The position numbers and the translations under genes are program-made. A DNA stretch of 64,000 nt from Nymphaea colorata (lineage: Eukaryota): the NCBI RefSeq assembly GCF_008831285.2, contig NC_045138.2:43648001-43712000 (forward strand), given 5' to 3'. Under the pieces are notes generated by a model. The model did no database searches. It was not told the DNA's origin and was given only the letters and a program-made list of their open reading frames with translations. Positions 10,799 through 24,176 of the stretch are shown piece after piece. Position 1 is the first letter of the stretch; the number at the start of each line of letters is the position of its first letter.

Positions 10799-13700
10799 GC
10801 CATATCATAAATGATGGTCAAACAAAATGAGTAAAAGGAGTGGTACGTTGATTCTAGTGCTACCTCAAATGTTATGGGTAATGAGGGTAAGTTGTTTGAC
10901 ATATCCATTCATTCTCAAAGAGGTACATTATAACATGACATAGAGCTTACCACTCTACCACTCATGTTGGGAATGCATGTATTCCTATGTCTAAGTCTAT
11001 GCTCTCTTTGCTCCATGCAAGAATATTGCTTTTGTTGCTAAACTTGTAGACGATATGAACTCTTTTGTTGAATTCTCCCCTGTTTATGTTAAGGATCTTT
11101 AAACAAATGAGATGTTTATTGAAGGGAAAAGACAAGGAAACATATACATCTTCAAAGAGATGCCTTCTATCCCAGTTCTTTAGTCGGGGCCATCCATGTA
11201 GTCTGCATCATTGTCTTCATTCTTTGAGCCATTGTCTAGGAGTTTTTGTCTGCTTGGGGGTTTCTGAGTTTTCTTATTGTAATAAGCCAAATGTTTGGCA
11301 TAGTCATTTGGGGCATTATGGTTAGGGATTTGTTGAGAAGCTTCTGTGCGATCACCTTATTCCAAAGTCTAGTTTCTTATTCTTTTCCAAAAATAAAGTG
11401 TTCTAGCAAGATCCATGTACTTCCTTTCCATTTCATTAATGAAAGAGCTTCCAAAAACATTGGAAATTGTGTTTTCTGATGTTTGGGGGTTCACCCCCAT
11501 TACTTCTTTATCTAGAAGTCATTATTATGTGATTTGTATTAACTCCTATTCTTGATATACTTGGATGTATTTTATGAAACATAAGCATAAAGTGTTTTCA
11601 ATTTTGTGAGCTTTCTATTCTAGTGTCAAACCTAAGTTTCCTTATAATATTGTGCATTTGCAATGTGATTATGGAGGAGAGTATGCATTGGGCTGCAAAT
11701 TTGTTACTTACATCCTCCACAACAAAAAAGGAGTTGTGGAGAGAAAACATAGGCATGTTGTAGAAAGTGCTATAAGTATGCTTCTTGTCAATCATGTGTC
11801 TGTTAATCTCTCGAGAGAAGCATTTGACACTTTAGTTCACATTATAAATTGTCTTCTTGTGATACTTTTGAGACACAAGTCCCCATATCATGTTTTGTAT
11901 GGGCAACATCCTTCCTATGACAAGTTACATGTTTTTGGTTGCATTTGTTATATACATATTGATTTGCCTCTAAGGAATAAGTTTCAAAATAAGGAAGTTA
12001 AGTGCAGGTTTGTTGGTTATGCAGATGTTTATGAATGGTACAGATGTTATGATCTCATCACCAAACACATCAGGACTTTCAGAAATGTTATCTTTGACGA
12101 GCATAATTTTAAATCTTGTAGGCCTACACAGGTGTCTACTAGCGAGAAGGAAGTGATATCCAAGGCTAAGTGCAGATTTTTTTATCAATGTTGGTGAAGG
12201 GTGTAGAGAAACTTGTCATACTTCCAATGCTGATTGAGAATAAGATAGTCCTTAGTCAAGTATAAGGGTATGTCATATACAAGGGTTTCTAGACATATCT
12301 ACACTATACTATGAGACATAGAGATACAAGTCTGTCAATATTAGAAGAGGTTTCTAACAGTTTAGCTCGTAGGTCGGCCCCCATCATGTATCCCATTCAG
12401 TGATAGGTGAGTTATAATAACTTTTCAATTGAATTTCTGTTGTTTATGTTTCATCTTGCAATGAAAAATAAGTCTACTAGCTTCAATGTGGGTGCTCAAT
12501 CCATGACTCGAAGGAAAGAATGTGGTTGGCTTAAATTGGGTTTGTAAAATAAAGTATAAACCTAATGGAAGTATCGATAGGCATAAAGCTCAACTGGTGG
12601 CTGAGGATTCACACAACGTTATGGAGAGGACTATGATGAGAATTTTAGGCTAGTAGTGAAGATACATATCATTTGTGTTGTTATATCTTTAGCCATTGAC
12701 TGAGGATGGAAGCTGAGATGGATGTCAAAAATATGTTCTTATATGGTGATTTAAAGGAGGAGGTGTATATGAAACAACCCCCTAAATATGCTGAGAGTGT
12801 TCCTACTACATGGGTATACAAACTTGGGAAATCTTTGTATGACTTGAAGCAAGCATCTCACTCTCGGTTTGACAAGTTTCCTCTATAGATTAAAAGGTAT
12901 AGTTTTAGAATGTGCTCCCTTGATCATTCCCTTTTCATTTATCAAGAAAAGTATATTACTACTCTTCTTCTAACATATGTGGATGACATTGTGTGGCTGG
13001 TAGCTCTGAAAAACGTTTTTAAAGAATAGTATTTAATGAAAGTCTTCAAAATGAAAGACTTAGGAGAACTAAGATATTTTCTAGGTGTGAAAATTGATAG
13101 GCAAGATTCATACTTGTCTAGCATAAATTTACATGGTTTATTAGAAAGAGCATAGATGTGTAATTGCAAGAAAATTAATACTCCAAGTGCACTGCACTAA
13201 AGATTAAGCCGAGTTTGGAAAGTATGCTACAATGTCTCACTTTTGTTAGACTAGATATTGTATATGCAGTTAATCAAGTGTCTCAATTATGCATTCTCTA
13301 AAAAAAGGTCATATGGAGACTATGAAGTGCATCCTGTGATATTTTAAAAGGAACCATAAGGGACTTATTTGTGTATTGAAAAAATAAGTATGTGGGCCAA
13401 AGACATGAAGTTATTACATATGCAGACACAGATTAGGTTGGTGATCAGATGAGAGACTATCAATTTTTGTCTATTGTGTATTCATTAGAAACAATCTTGT
13501 ATCATTGGGTAGTCAGAAACAAAAGGCAGTAATATAGTCCAAGACAAAGACTTGAGTATATATCCATGGCAGTGAACATTGCTGAGATCACATGGGTGAG
13601 ACATCTATGGGGTGATCTAGGAGAAAATATTTTACGGTCAATGTTATTATGTGATAATCAAAATGCAATTAATATTGCTTTCAATTTCATTCAACACAAT

Positions 13701-15611
13701 AGAACGAAGGATATTGAGATAGATCATCACTTTGTTCAGCAGAAAGTGGAGCTGATAGAGATAGAACCATGGCATGTAAAGACAAAAGATCAAGTTGCAA
13801 AATTATTTATAAAAGGATTGATAGATTGACTATTTTGGTTATTGAAGAAAAAGTTGTACATGATCATGAACTATGTACAACTTGAGGGTATTAAGGGGTG
13901 AAGTCATCTGGATCTGGATCCATATCCATACATAGATATTAAATGTATTATTGATGTCTTCTTACTCACAGGTGTCTTATTAATGGCAGTCTTGTAATAT
14001 TGTTTTTTATATGATGTATTTTGGTCCAAGTGTAACTATGTTTTATAAAAATTTGAGTAGGGTTAGGAGGTGATCTTCTTCTACCACCCCAGACATTCAA
14101 GCACCTGTCTTCTCCTTCAACTATGTTTCCAGCATGTGTGATCTATTGTTTATCATCAATATGTCTAATATTCTCAATTCTAATAAATAGTCTATCATCT
14201 TCCTTAGAACTCATTCATTGAACCAGAGGGAACAAATTTGAGGACTTAGAACCGTTACCTACAACTACCATTTTTGCAACTCCAATGAGGGTCAGAACCA
14301 TATCTAGGTAATAGTCAAACCAAATGGCGGTTGTTATACCAGCTCAGCCAATAAACAAAAAGGGGGCATGCAATAGTCACATGCATGTAGCCATTAGAGC
14401 TAGACTGGGGGCATAACTACAATGGTTGATGGCAACCTTCCACACGCTCTTTTGTTGTATTCATATAAGTGATTTTTTGAGAGTGAGTGGGGAATCAACA
14501 AGAGACACCAGCCAGTTATATGAAGAAGCTTCCCACCAAAATAATGGCTATAGTCTTAGAGTATATCATGAAGTATGTGGATGCAATCTGCAATAGACAA
14601 GAACAAACATTCCACTGTGTAAGTTACTTATTTTACTAATGTTTGTCACCCTATATTATCGGTTGCATTGCTATAACTTACAATGTAACTGAATTCCGGA
14701 GGTAGATATGTGTGACATAGTGAAGCACATGTATGATGATGTGATTTTGTATCCAAACATAGAGCTCTACATTTATTGGAATGTTTACATAACAATTGAA
14801 TGAGATATAAATCGTTTCATTTTCCATACGATTTAAAGTTATTGAAATGTTACTGAAGGATTATACTAAGCCAACTACCTTTGAAACATAAAGAGTGTGA
14901 CTTTTTAGGTAGCAATAGTAGGTCGCTATTTGATCGTAAGATATGAATTTGTTTAGCCCATTTGTTAGATTTTGTGGGTGGAGAAAGCAGATGGCCTTGT
15001 CTTGTTTAAGGCCACCTCTAATTCAATCAAGCAACTTAACTAGGAGAAATGAGTCCACTGTTGCATCAAATGAGATTAATCAATATAACACTAAGAAACA
15101 AAATACTTTAAACATTAGATCAATTTAGGCATTATTGCATTGTATTCATTTGACTAGAATAATATTATAAATGTCAACATTTATCTTGTTCTAATAACTA
15201 GAAATAACACGTCTATCATGTACAAATGCAACATTCATGCATTCAAGTAAAATATCATCAACCATAAAGTTTTCATGTAAAACAATCCTGCCATCTATGT
15301 TGTTCATGCAATTGTATCCTTATTATATTCACTTTCCAATAATTGAGATTCATATTCTTCTCCACTATTACTAAATGATGATGATAACAATGTCACCAAA
15401 CGATTTGCAGTATGAAAACTAAATGAATCAAATTTCACTAGATTTTACATGTGACAAAGCACACCTTTGTTGATGGTTAAAACAATTAAGTGACTTGTAC
15501 TATTGGTGGATTAGCTAGCTTTAAATACATCAGAAAAGTAGATTAGGTGATTTAGGTTATGATGTAACTTACAAGAGGCAAAAGCAAATTGGTGATACAA
15601 TTATATGCGGT

Positions 15612-15994
15612 TAGGGATGTCAACAGATCTGGCTTGAATTAGATATCCAATTGAACAGATCTGAAAAAATCAGATATGAAAAGAAATTTAATATATGATT
15701 AAGAAATCAGATCAAATTCAAATTTAGGAAATGACATCCAATTGAATTCAGATATACATAATATTTGATTGGATTCAGATACGGATTTAGATCGGATTTA
15801 TTTTTAGACAAATATCCTCTATCTAATGCTCTTACATTTTGAAACATGGCAAAATTTGGTTCAAAATTCAGATTCAGATATGGCTTTTTTCAATTCATAT
15901 TGGTGTCCCAATTCAAATCCAAATATATGAATATTCGGAAAAGCATATATGGTTAAGTATATATCCAATTCAAATCCAATCCCTGACATTCCTA
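15612..15994. mobile_element. MITE, probably hAT-derived
   Basis: TIR TAGGGATGTCA / TGACATTCCTA (1 mismatch); internal repeated (T)CGGAT/CAGAT-type motifs; TSD decayed. Confidence 0.6.
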
Positions 15995-17702
15995 GCAGTG
16001 GTTGTTTCATTAGTTTATAGGGGAAAACATATGGTTGATTTAGTTCTATGGAGGGGCTATCTCATTAGTTTACATGTGAAAGTAAATGTGCCATTTAGTT
16101 CTGTAGAGGAATTGTTTCTAGGAATCATTTCATTATTTTGTAGGCAAAAAGGACTTGCATTTTAGTTCCATGAAAGGGTTGTTTCATTACTTTATAGGCA
16201 AGAATAAACGTATGGTTTAGTTTAAACAAATAGGTCCAAAGGTAATTTGGAATCACAGTAAAGACTCATTGTTTTCACAATTTGACAATTCATGATAAAC
16301 ATAGCAGTCACATCCACAGTCTATCTAACAGGTGTCAACCATGCCTACCTAAACATTGTAATGTTCAACAATTCACAATATTCTAATTCACAAAGACCTA
16401 TTGTTTTAACTTGATTGGTGTTAATAAAATCCCCCTCATCCCTACCTCGAAGCATTAGAGCCACTTGAAGGGCAACATATGGTTGTGGTCTATCTCTTAA
16501 AGTTGTAGAAAAGGCACAAAATCGGTTGAGGACCATTTCAATCTACTACCATTATATATGAACTCAACTCTTTGGAATACCAAAAATGGTTAGCTTAAGG
16601 AAAATCGATGTACTTATAATGCAAATAGATGTGAATGACCGATTTAAGACATAGTTCTTCTTGATCATCTTCCATTCTATGCAAATGGAAAGTGCTTGAG
16701 AAAAGTTGTTTGTTTTTTTTTAGAATATCTATATAAAAGGACGTAGATAAATAAAAAAAAAAACAACTTTTTCAGCAATTTATGTTAAAGAGAGGATGTT
16801 AAAAAAAAAAAGCTGTCTTGATCATTCCATCATTATCCTTTTTTTCTTTTTTCTTTATAAGCTTATCTATTTTCTTTAACTCAACAGCATTTGGGACTTG
16901 TTTCAAAGAAAGATGCATAGAGAATGCACTGTAGTGATATTCTTGGATGTTTCTAGCAGGTCATGGCAAGACCGACAAGCACTGTCACACATTGAATCTC
17001 TTTAAGATTGAGTTATGAGCATTTGGGACTGGTGATATGCGTTGATGCACATAACTGACTTTAATTCTTATTTTGGTTACATAATTTTGTGCATAAATTT
17101 TAATGGTATGTGCACATTTGTCTAAGTTCACATCTAATCCATTTTACAATAAAGCTCAGTTCGTTGATGGCCATTGCAGACAAGCAATTTATATTATTGG
17201 CAGAACTAGCTTAAAGTTAATTACAAAAATAGATTAGGCAAAAAAAGCAGATGGACAATTTACTTGAAAAGATAAATGAGAAAAAAAAAAGGCGATTCAG
17301 TTCCACGGAGTGTCTATTTTATTAATTTATGGCTGAAAACATATGCATAATTTAGTTTCAACTAGATGCCAAGAGGTGATTTAGTTATAGGGAGTGACTC
17401 AAGAAACAGTATATCCAACTCAGACAATTAAGTTATAGTATATGTAACTTTAATGAAAAAATATGTTTTTTAGTTTAGCGAGCAATCCAATCATGGAGAT
17501 GAAGCAGAGGCTAGTTATGCAAAAGCAAGTGCACTAATTTGCTTCAGCGCACAATTTAAGTTAAATTACATGAAATGACGGACCATAGCTTTTTTACGTG
17601 GCATTCTGTCGCCATATTTGCAGCCAAGCAAGCATGTTGTTCTGAATTTGAGACGACAATATGATGTAAATATATGGCACACGATCTTCGACAAAAGCAT
17701 GA

Positions 17703-17828
17703 TGACATGAATGCCTTCTCATTCCTTAAAGTCCCACGTCTTTTAATGGTTCCTGTAGCTTCATTTGACATGAATACCTACTCATTCCTTAAAGTCCCAC
17801 GACTTTTAATGGTTCCTGTAGCTTCATT
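17703..17828. repeat. 63-bp tandem duplication (2 copies)
   Basis: TGACATGAAT...GTAGCTTCATT starts at 17703 and 17766 with few mismatches. Confidence 0.9.
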
Positions 17829-18341
17829 TCTCGAGTCATTTCTTCGACATGGCTTCCTACAATGTTATTCTTTTCTTCGCTTCGTGTCATTGTGCCTGAC
17901 GAAGACAAAGATGAATACGCGGTTTGATGTCTTCGCAAAATGCTTTCTTTTCCACCAATGAAGGGCCTTTCTCCATTAAGGTGGAACAAGTCGACCGTCA
18001 ATATAATTAAAGCCACACCCTACACGAGAAGGAATATATGTAATTGAAGATGACAATCGACTCTTCCGAACCGACTGCTTACAGCGGAAGGAAATCATGC
18101 AAACTTGCAATACAAGCTTTTGAAAAAGTAAAAGCACAAAAAAGATGCTCAGGTAAAAGTATAAGTACAAGTTGTCAATCCATTCTCTTATACGATGATA
18201 AGATAGAGATGTCTTATGGAACCCCCATAGTCGGTAATGCACAAAACTAGGCCTCTTCTATTTTACCTTTCACAGGCAGACCCATAGTGCAGAATTTTGC
18301 CTGCCATTGTGCTGAAGTAGATGTGACAAAAATGCATATGG

Positions 18342-18742
18342 TGTCACAGGCCTACTTTCTTAGGTCCGTGTGGCACGACGGTTGCCTATATATCGTAAGC
18401 CTTAGGAGATAAAAGCAGCACGCAGATAACTTAAAAACAACGAGTGTGTGCAGAAATCAAAAGACGTAGAGAAATGAAGGGAGGCACTTGCAATGAGCAT
18501 AGATTACATTCATCAGAAAGACAACGTAAGCAAGGAGGTTTTGAAGAAAGCTCGACTTTACTTACATAAAATGGCTGAAGCCGCTTACATAGGACTCAAA
18601 TGTTGACCACCCAAAACACATAATCCTCAACATGCATTGAGACCAGTGGGAGGATGCTCAACTACAAGTAAACAAGCATAAACTAAAGACATTATAATCA
18701 AAAGAAAAATTGTGACAAAACAAACTCGGGCGCAGGAGAACA
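18342..18742 (-). repeat. 3' LTR of gypsy copy 1
   Basis: TGTCAC...GAGAACA next to a reverse-complement PPT; homologous to 22957-23293, 49290-49681 and 54306-54705. Confidence 0.85.
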
Positions 18743-21700
18743 TGCTCACCCCTTTAAATCATTTGTCGTCCTCGGTGCTAAACGCTGCAGGGTAGACTGA
18801 AACTTCCTCCATGCTTTTTACATACTTCCACGTCAGTTGTTCCTTGCCTACCCACTTCACTTAATTTTGTGTCGATGAATTTACTCTATTTGTCAGTCTG
18901 CTGCTCGCTTGATTGATAGTGCTCTCTGTAAGATAGGCTCGCACTGCGGTGTGCTTCATTCTGAGTCTTCACCATTGACATAGAAGGGTTTCAAGTTGCA
19001 TATATGGAACACTGAATGTACTTTGAAGTCTTGCGGCAGGTATAGCTTGTACTTCAGCTTTTCGATCCTTTTGACTACCTTGAATGGTCCTCCATACTTT
19101 CGTGTCAAAGCACTATGTCACCCACGAAAGATTCCTGTGCAGTTTGGGTGCAACTTCACGAGGACGTGATCTCCAATTCTGAACTCTGCACGTCGTCGCT
19201 TTTGTCAGTCCACTTCTTCATATTCTTGGCAGTTTTGTGCAAGAATGTTTTAGCTAACTTTGTTTTCTACTGCCCAGTCTCTGACAAACTGGTAGGCGAA
19301 GGTTGGCCTTTCATTCTCTTGGGCAGCAAGAGTATGTGACATCAGCGGCTGCTGGCCTGTGGATATGTCAAATGGACTATGCCCTAAAGACTCACCCTTC
19401 TGTAAGTTATAGCAAAATTGTGCTACATCCACCAATTTCACCCAATTTTTCTGATTTGCACTAACAAAGTGTCGTAAATATTGCTCCAACAAAATGTTGA
19501 TGCACTCGGTCTGGGCATCTGTTTGTGGATAACAACTTGTTGAAGATAATAGGTCTGAGTCTAACAATTGGAACACTTCACGCCAGAACTTACCTGTGAA
19601 GCGAGCATCGTGGTCATTTACAATGCTTTTTGGCATGCCCCAATACTTCATTATGTTCTTTACAAACATCTCTGCCATCTTTTCTGCATGACACTCTTTT
19701 GAAGTCGGGATGAAGGTGGCATATATAGAAAATCGATCTACAACCATAAAGACAGAGCTGAAACCATATGCTTTTGGAATGCTCACAATGAAGTCCATAT
19801 AAAGGCTTTCCCATGTACGTTCAGGAATAAGAAGAGGTTCCAAGAGGCAAGCAGTATTCTGATTCATCGCCTTGCCCTACTAGCAAATGAGGCACGTCTT
19901 TACATAAGTCTCTACATCATCTCTCATCTGTAGCCAATAATAGCCAGTTTCAAGCAGTGCTAAGGTCTGATCCTGGCTAGGATGGCCTGCCCACAATGTC
20001 TCATGGGATTCATTTAATAGATCCCGCCAAAGATTGCCCCATCTCGGCATGAATATGCATCCACCTCTGGTGAAGAGAAGTCCATCTGGCAGCCAGAATC
20101 TTTGAGTCTTTCTTGCCTCAGCCAAGACCACTAGGTGCTTTGCAGTGGAGTCCGGTTGCATGCCTTCGCAAACACGCTCGAGGAGATCACCCTCCAGTTG
20201 TGCTTCAGAGGCTTTTGCCCGAGTGGCCGTAAGTTCCGCTTTACAACTCAGTGCATCGGCCAAGACATTAGTTCTTCCTGCTTTGTACTCCAGTACAAAA
20301 TCAAACTCAGCTAGAAATTCCTGCCAATGGGCTTGCTTAGGGGTCAACTTCTTCTAAGTTTTGAAATAGCTTGTAACCACATTGTCCGTTTTCACAACGA
20401 ATTGAGCTCCTAGTAGATCATCTTTCCAAACACGGAGACAATGCACGATTGTTGTCATCTCTCATTCGTGCACGGAGTAGTGCCACTCCACATCCTTTAG
20501 CTTTCGGCTCTCATAGCATTCGTGTGGACTTCAAATTGTTTTGAATGATCAGGCAACTTCAGTATAGGTTTTTGCATAAGGACTTTATTCAGCCAACCGA
20601 TAGCATTTTGAGCTGGCTCCGCCAGGTCCATATCCTATTCCTCTTCAACAAATCAATGAGAGCACAACAATCAGAGAAAACCCCTAAGCAAACCACTGAT
20701 AGTAGTTCGCCAACCCAAGGAAGGACCGCAACTCTTGAACTTTAGTTGGCAGGTTCTACTCCTAGATGGCCTTTACCGTCTTTGTGTCCATCCGCAATTG
20801 ACCATGCCCAACAACATAGCCGAGAAAACTTATTTCTCCTTGGCCAAAGAGGCATTTCTCCCTTTCACATAAACATCATTCTCCTTCAACACTTTGAACA
20901 CCGTTTGTAGATGTTCCACATGCTCTTCCAAGTTGTTGTTGAACACCACAATATCATCGAGATAGAATACCACGAACTTGACTAGATATAGGTAGAAAAT
21001 CTTTTTCATCAACGTTGAAAAGGTGATAGGGGTATTTGTCAACTTGAATGACATTACTAGAAACTCGTAGGCTCCATAGCAGGTGACGCATGTGGTTTTT
21101 GGTTCAATGGCGCGGTCCACTTCACGTCAAGGTGGCAGTCGTCTAGGGAGTTTCACATGCATCATTTATGTGAATTCTTCCAAGACAGCACAAGCGTCTT
21201 TGGGACCAAACCAAGGAAATCCTCAAACACTTTCCTGGTTGCCACCAAATACGTTCCAACTCCACGCTTCAGGCCTTTCATTAACTGGATGGTGGGCAAC
21301 ATCACAACCTTGCCCTTATCCTTCCTCGATGCCAATGTCGAAATCATACATGGGGACCTTTCGTCAAGAATGCTAATGACTCGCATATGCGGCATCAGGA
21401 CCATCTTCCTAAACTAAGGAGATTCATGCCTAGAATCATCTTAAAATCCTCCATCAGTGCCACTGAGAAATTGGCTTTTCCCAACCAACTCTCAATCTTC
21501 ACAAGCACAACCCAGGCCACTCCGTGAATGAGTTTTGCCTTTGAGTTCACTGCCTTTATGTGTAACTCTCCCTTCTCAAGGATGAACAATCTCTTCGCCT
21601 CTTCTTCTGAGACGCAATTATGGGTTGCACTTATCTCCACCATTGCTGTCGTGGACTCCCTATTTACAAGGATACCTTTTCCGTCTCCTTCAAGACATTG

Positions 21701-22956
21701 AAGAGTTGGAGGACTCCTATATGCGGATTTTCATCCTCCTAACCTTGCACAACATAAGCAGATTGTTTTGAAGAGTTTGCCTAGTTGCTCCCAATATTTA
21801 GGCATTTTGATGCAAAATGATTTCCACTACAATGTCAGAACTTCAATCTCGAAGGTGGTCGATGAGGCTTGTAACTGTTGTCATCTTGCCCACTCCCGCC
21901 CCTGCTCATCTGAACAGCTACATTAAATGTTTCCCTTTTCTTATTGTCCAGTTTTCTTGCTATTCCAACCATTATTGTGATTGCCGTTTCCACCTTTCCT
22001 TGAGTTGTACGGCTTATACTCGAACTTGGGCCACCTAGATGTGTCAACCAAGCATTCGACAACTGCAAGGGCACTGCTCAAGTCCTTAGGATCTTGCCGT
22101 CGAAGTTCCTGCTCAGCCCAAGGTTGCAGTCCATTCATGAAGTGGAATAGTCGATCCTCATCGGACATCTTCAATATCTCCACACCTTAGTTGTGAATGC
22201 CTGCACATAGTCATGGATCGAACATGTCTGTTTGAGTTTCATAAGTTGTCGTCTTGCCATGTATTTTGTGTCTTTTGGCAGGAAATGCTCACACATTGTG
22301 TTTGAATTCATCCCAAGTATCAATAGTGCAAAGACAGTTCTCAACATCATTATCCCACCTCTGTTACCACAGCAAGGCATCATCAGTCAGAAACATTGAG
22401 GTGGTCGTGATCTTCATCTCATCATCATAAATCTGGTTTACCTTTGGTACTTCTCAATATGATACAAGAAGTTCTCAAATTCCTTAGCATCCCGAGCACC
22501 ATTGTACCTCTTTGATTCAGGGACTTTCATTAGAGGCGCAACATCAATGCCCCTGGCTTCCCCTATCCTGTCAAGCTGATTCCCCAGGGACCAAAACTGT
22601 TTTGCATCCTGAGGACTTGCATCTCATCGTCCATAGCATCTAAACAGGCCAAAACATCTCCAAGTGAGAGTTCACCTGGTCTAAATTTAGTCCCAATGTT
22701 GTATTCCTCGAAGCTCCGAGTAGTTTTGATCATCAAATAACTCATGGAGGCAATGGTCGTCTTGATTGCAGCCAACCTAGCTTCCATTGCTCCATAGGTC
22801 CCACTAGTCGCATGCTTCTTTTGTTGACGAATCTGTACTCCCTCCGCTAAAGAACTTGTCTCGTCTCCAACCATACTATCGCAGATAGCATCTAGTCATT
22901 GGTTAGCTTGACACCGACTTAACGTGCCATATGTTCACTCTAGCGCTGATACCAGT

Positions 22957-23293
22957 TGTCATGAGCTTACTTCCTTCGGCTCGCGCGGCATGATGATTGT
23001 CTGTCTATCGTAAACTTTAAGGGGCAAAAGACTACGTAGATAACTTGAAAACAATGAGTGCATGCGAAAATGGAAGGACGCAATGAAATGGAAGGAGACA
23101 CTTGTAATGAGCATAGATTGCATTCATCACAAGGACCAGCTAGTCTTTGCACTAGGGCCGAAGCCGCTTACATAGGATTCAAATGTCGACCACTCAAAAC
23201 ACAAAATCCCCAATATGCACTAGGGCCGGTGGGAGGGTGCTCCATTACAAGTGAACAAACATAACACAAAGTAGACTCAAGCACAGGGAAACA
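22957..23293 (-). repeat. 5' LTR of gypsy copy 1
   Basis: TGTCAT...GGAAACA adjacent to the PBS; a diverged, shorter homologue of 18342-18742. Confidence 0.8.
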
Positions 23294-23867
23294 GTTCCTC
23301 TCTCTTGCATTTATATTCCTCCCATCAAATGAAGTTAATGCTGGAACAAGAAAACCTTGTGTGTAGAGATCTCATCTAAGCAAGTCATAAACTAGAAAAA
23401 GAGAAGAACACTTTCAACAAGACAAACAATCTTCAACATTAGAGCCCAAACTACAATATGTTAGCTTTATCTAACAGAAACAGCATGAATTTCATTTAAT
23501 AAAAATGAAATTGGATATATTTGTTACTTTTTTGCAAGTACATGGGCTCGAAAGAATCTGAGTCCACCTTTGCATATGCAAAGGAGGTCTAGCGAATCAA
23601 AGAGAATCAAGTACATGTTTCTTCATATGCAAATGGAAAAGCATCATTATGTACATTTCCTCACCGCAATTGAGAAACAAACATGCAGGATGTCCTTTTA
23701 ATCTTATGTCCATGATCAGGCATGAGATCTTCAATGTGAGGGTCAACAAGGTCTCACGGTTTATATCCATCATTTTACGTGCATTTGAGACTGTATACAT
23801 GCATCATGAGCATCTGATGATGACTGCAAAATCACTGACGAGCCAAATTTTGAAGCCACAAAGCATA

Positions 23868-24176
23868 TCACCCCATCTTACACATGCATTCATGAGATCG
23901 AGGATGCCTATAGATACTCCTTCCCTTTGGCCTTCCTTGAATCTTCTCACTCTCTCTGAATGCCTTTTTCACCCTAACCTGGAACTCGCCCCACTCTATC
24001 GTAGAATTTTTCAACAAAAGACCAGCTAGCCTACGTTTATTAGGTCGTATAGTTGGTAACCTTCCACCACCAAAGTATGCCCTGTAACCAGCAACCAATG
24101 AAGACAGTTGACTTCCTGGATCAGTCATCACAAATGAATCAGCAGCAGCACATCCTATGAAGTCCAAGGCTGCCAG
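23868..24176 (-). CDS. O-fucosyltransferase exon 10 (terminal)
   Basis: CAG acceptor, LAALDFIGC...[12 protein letters not shown]; 309 nt. Confidence 0.93.
   Translation of the reverse strand: MAALDFIGCAAADSFVMTDPGSQLSSLVAGYRAYFGGGRLPTIRPNKRRLAGLLLKNSTIEWGEFQVRVKKAFRESEKIQGRPKGRSIYRHPRSHECMCKMG

Larger units (their letters stand above)
4800..14170 (+). mobile_element. Old degenerate Ty1/copia retrotransposon, split by a nested copia at 5593-10798
   Basis: gag remnants 4800-5590. The frame resumes after the TSD with protease (WYVDSSA ~10840), integrase (11652-12197, VVERKHRHVVE), RT (12540-13300, DVKN..LYG, YVDD) and RNase H (13566-13829, CDNQ..HNRTK.IEIDHHFV). PPT GAGGG ~13884, then a decayed 3' LTR. 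5' LTR not recognised; boundaries approximate. Confidence 0.85.
18342..23293 (-). mobile_element. Degenerate Ty3/gypsy chromovirus-type LTR retrotransposon (Galadriel-like), copy 1
   Basis: LTRs 18342-18742 and 22957-23293; minus-strand PBS TGGTATCAGCGC (22943-22954). gag 21900-22870, protease 21395-21650 (SATHN), RT 20830-21120 (YLDD), RNase H/zinc finger 19880-20500, integrase 19250-19867, chromodomain-like KWVGKEQLTWKY ~18810-18860. Lineage assigned from recalled motifs only. Confidence 0.9.

Noticed and set aside
17674..18250. Small ORFs (95, 88, 68 aa) as a host gene
   Set aside because: No recognisable domain; one is generated by the 63-bp duplication; no exon chain found.
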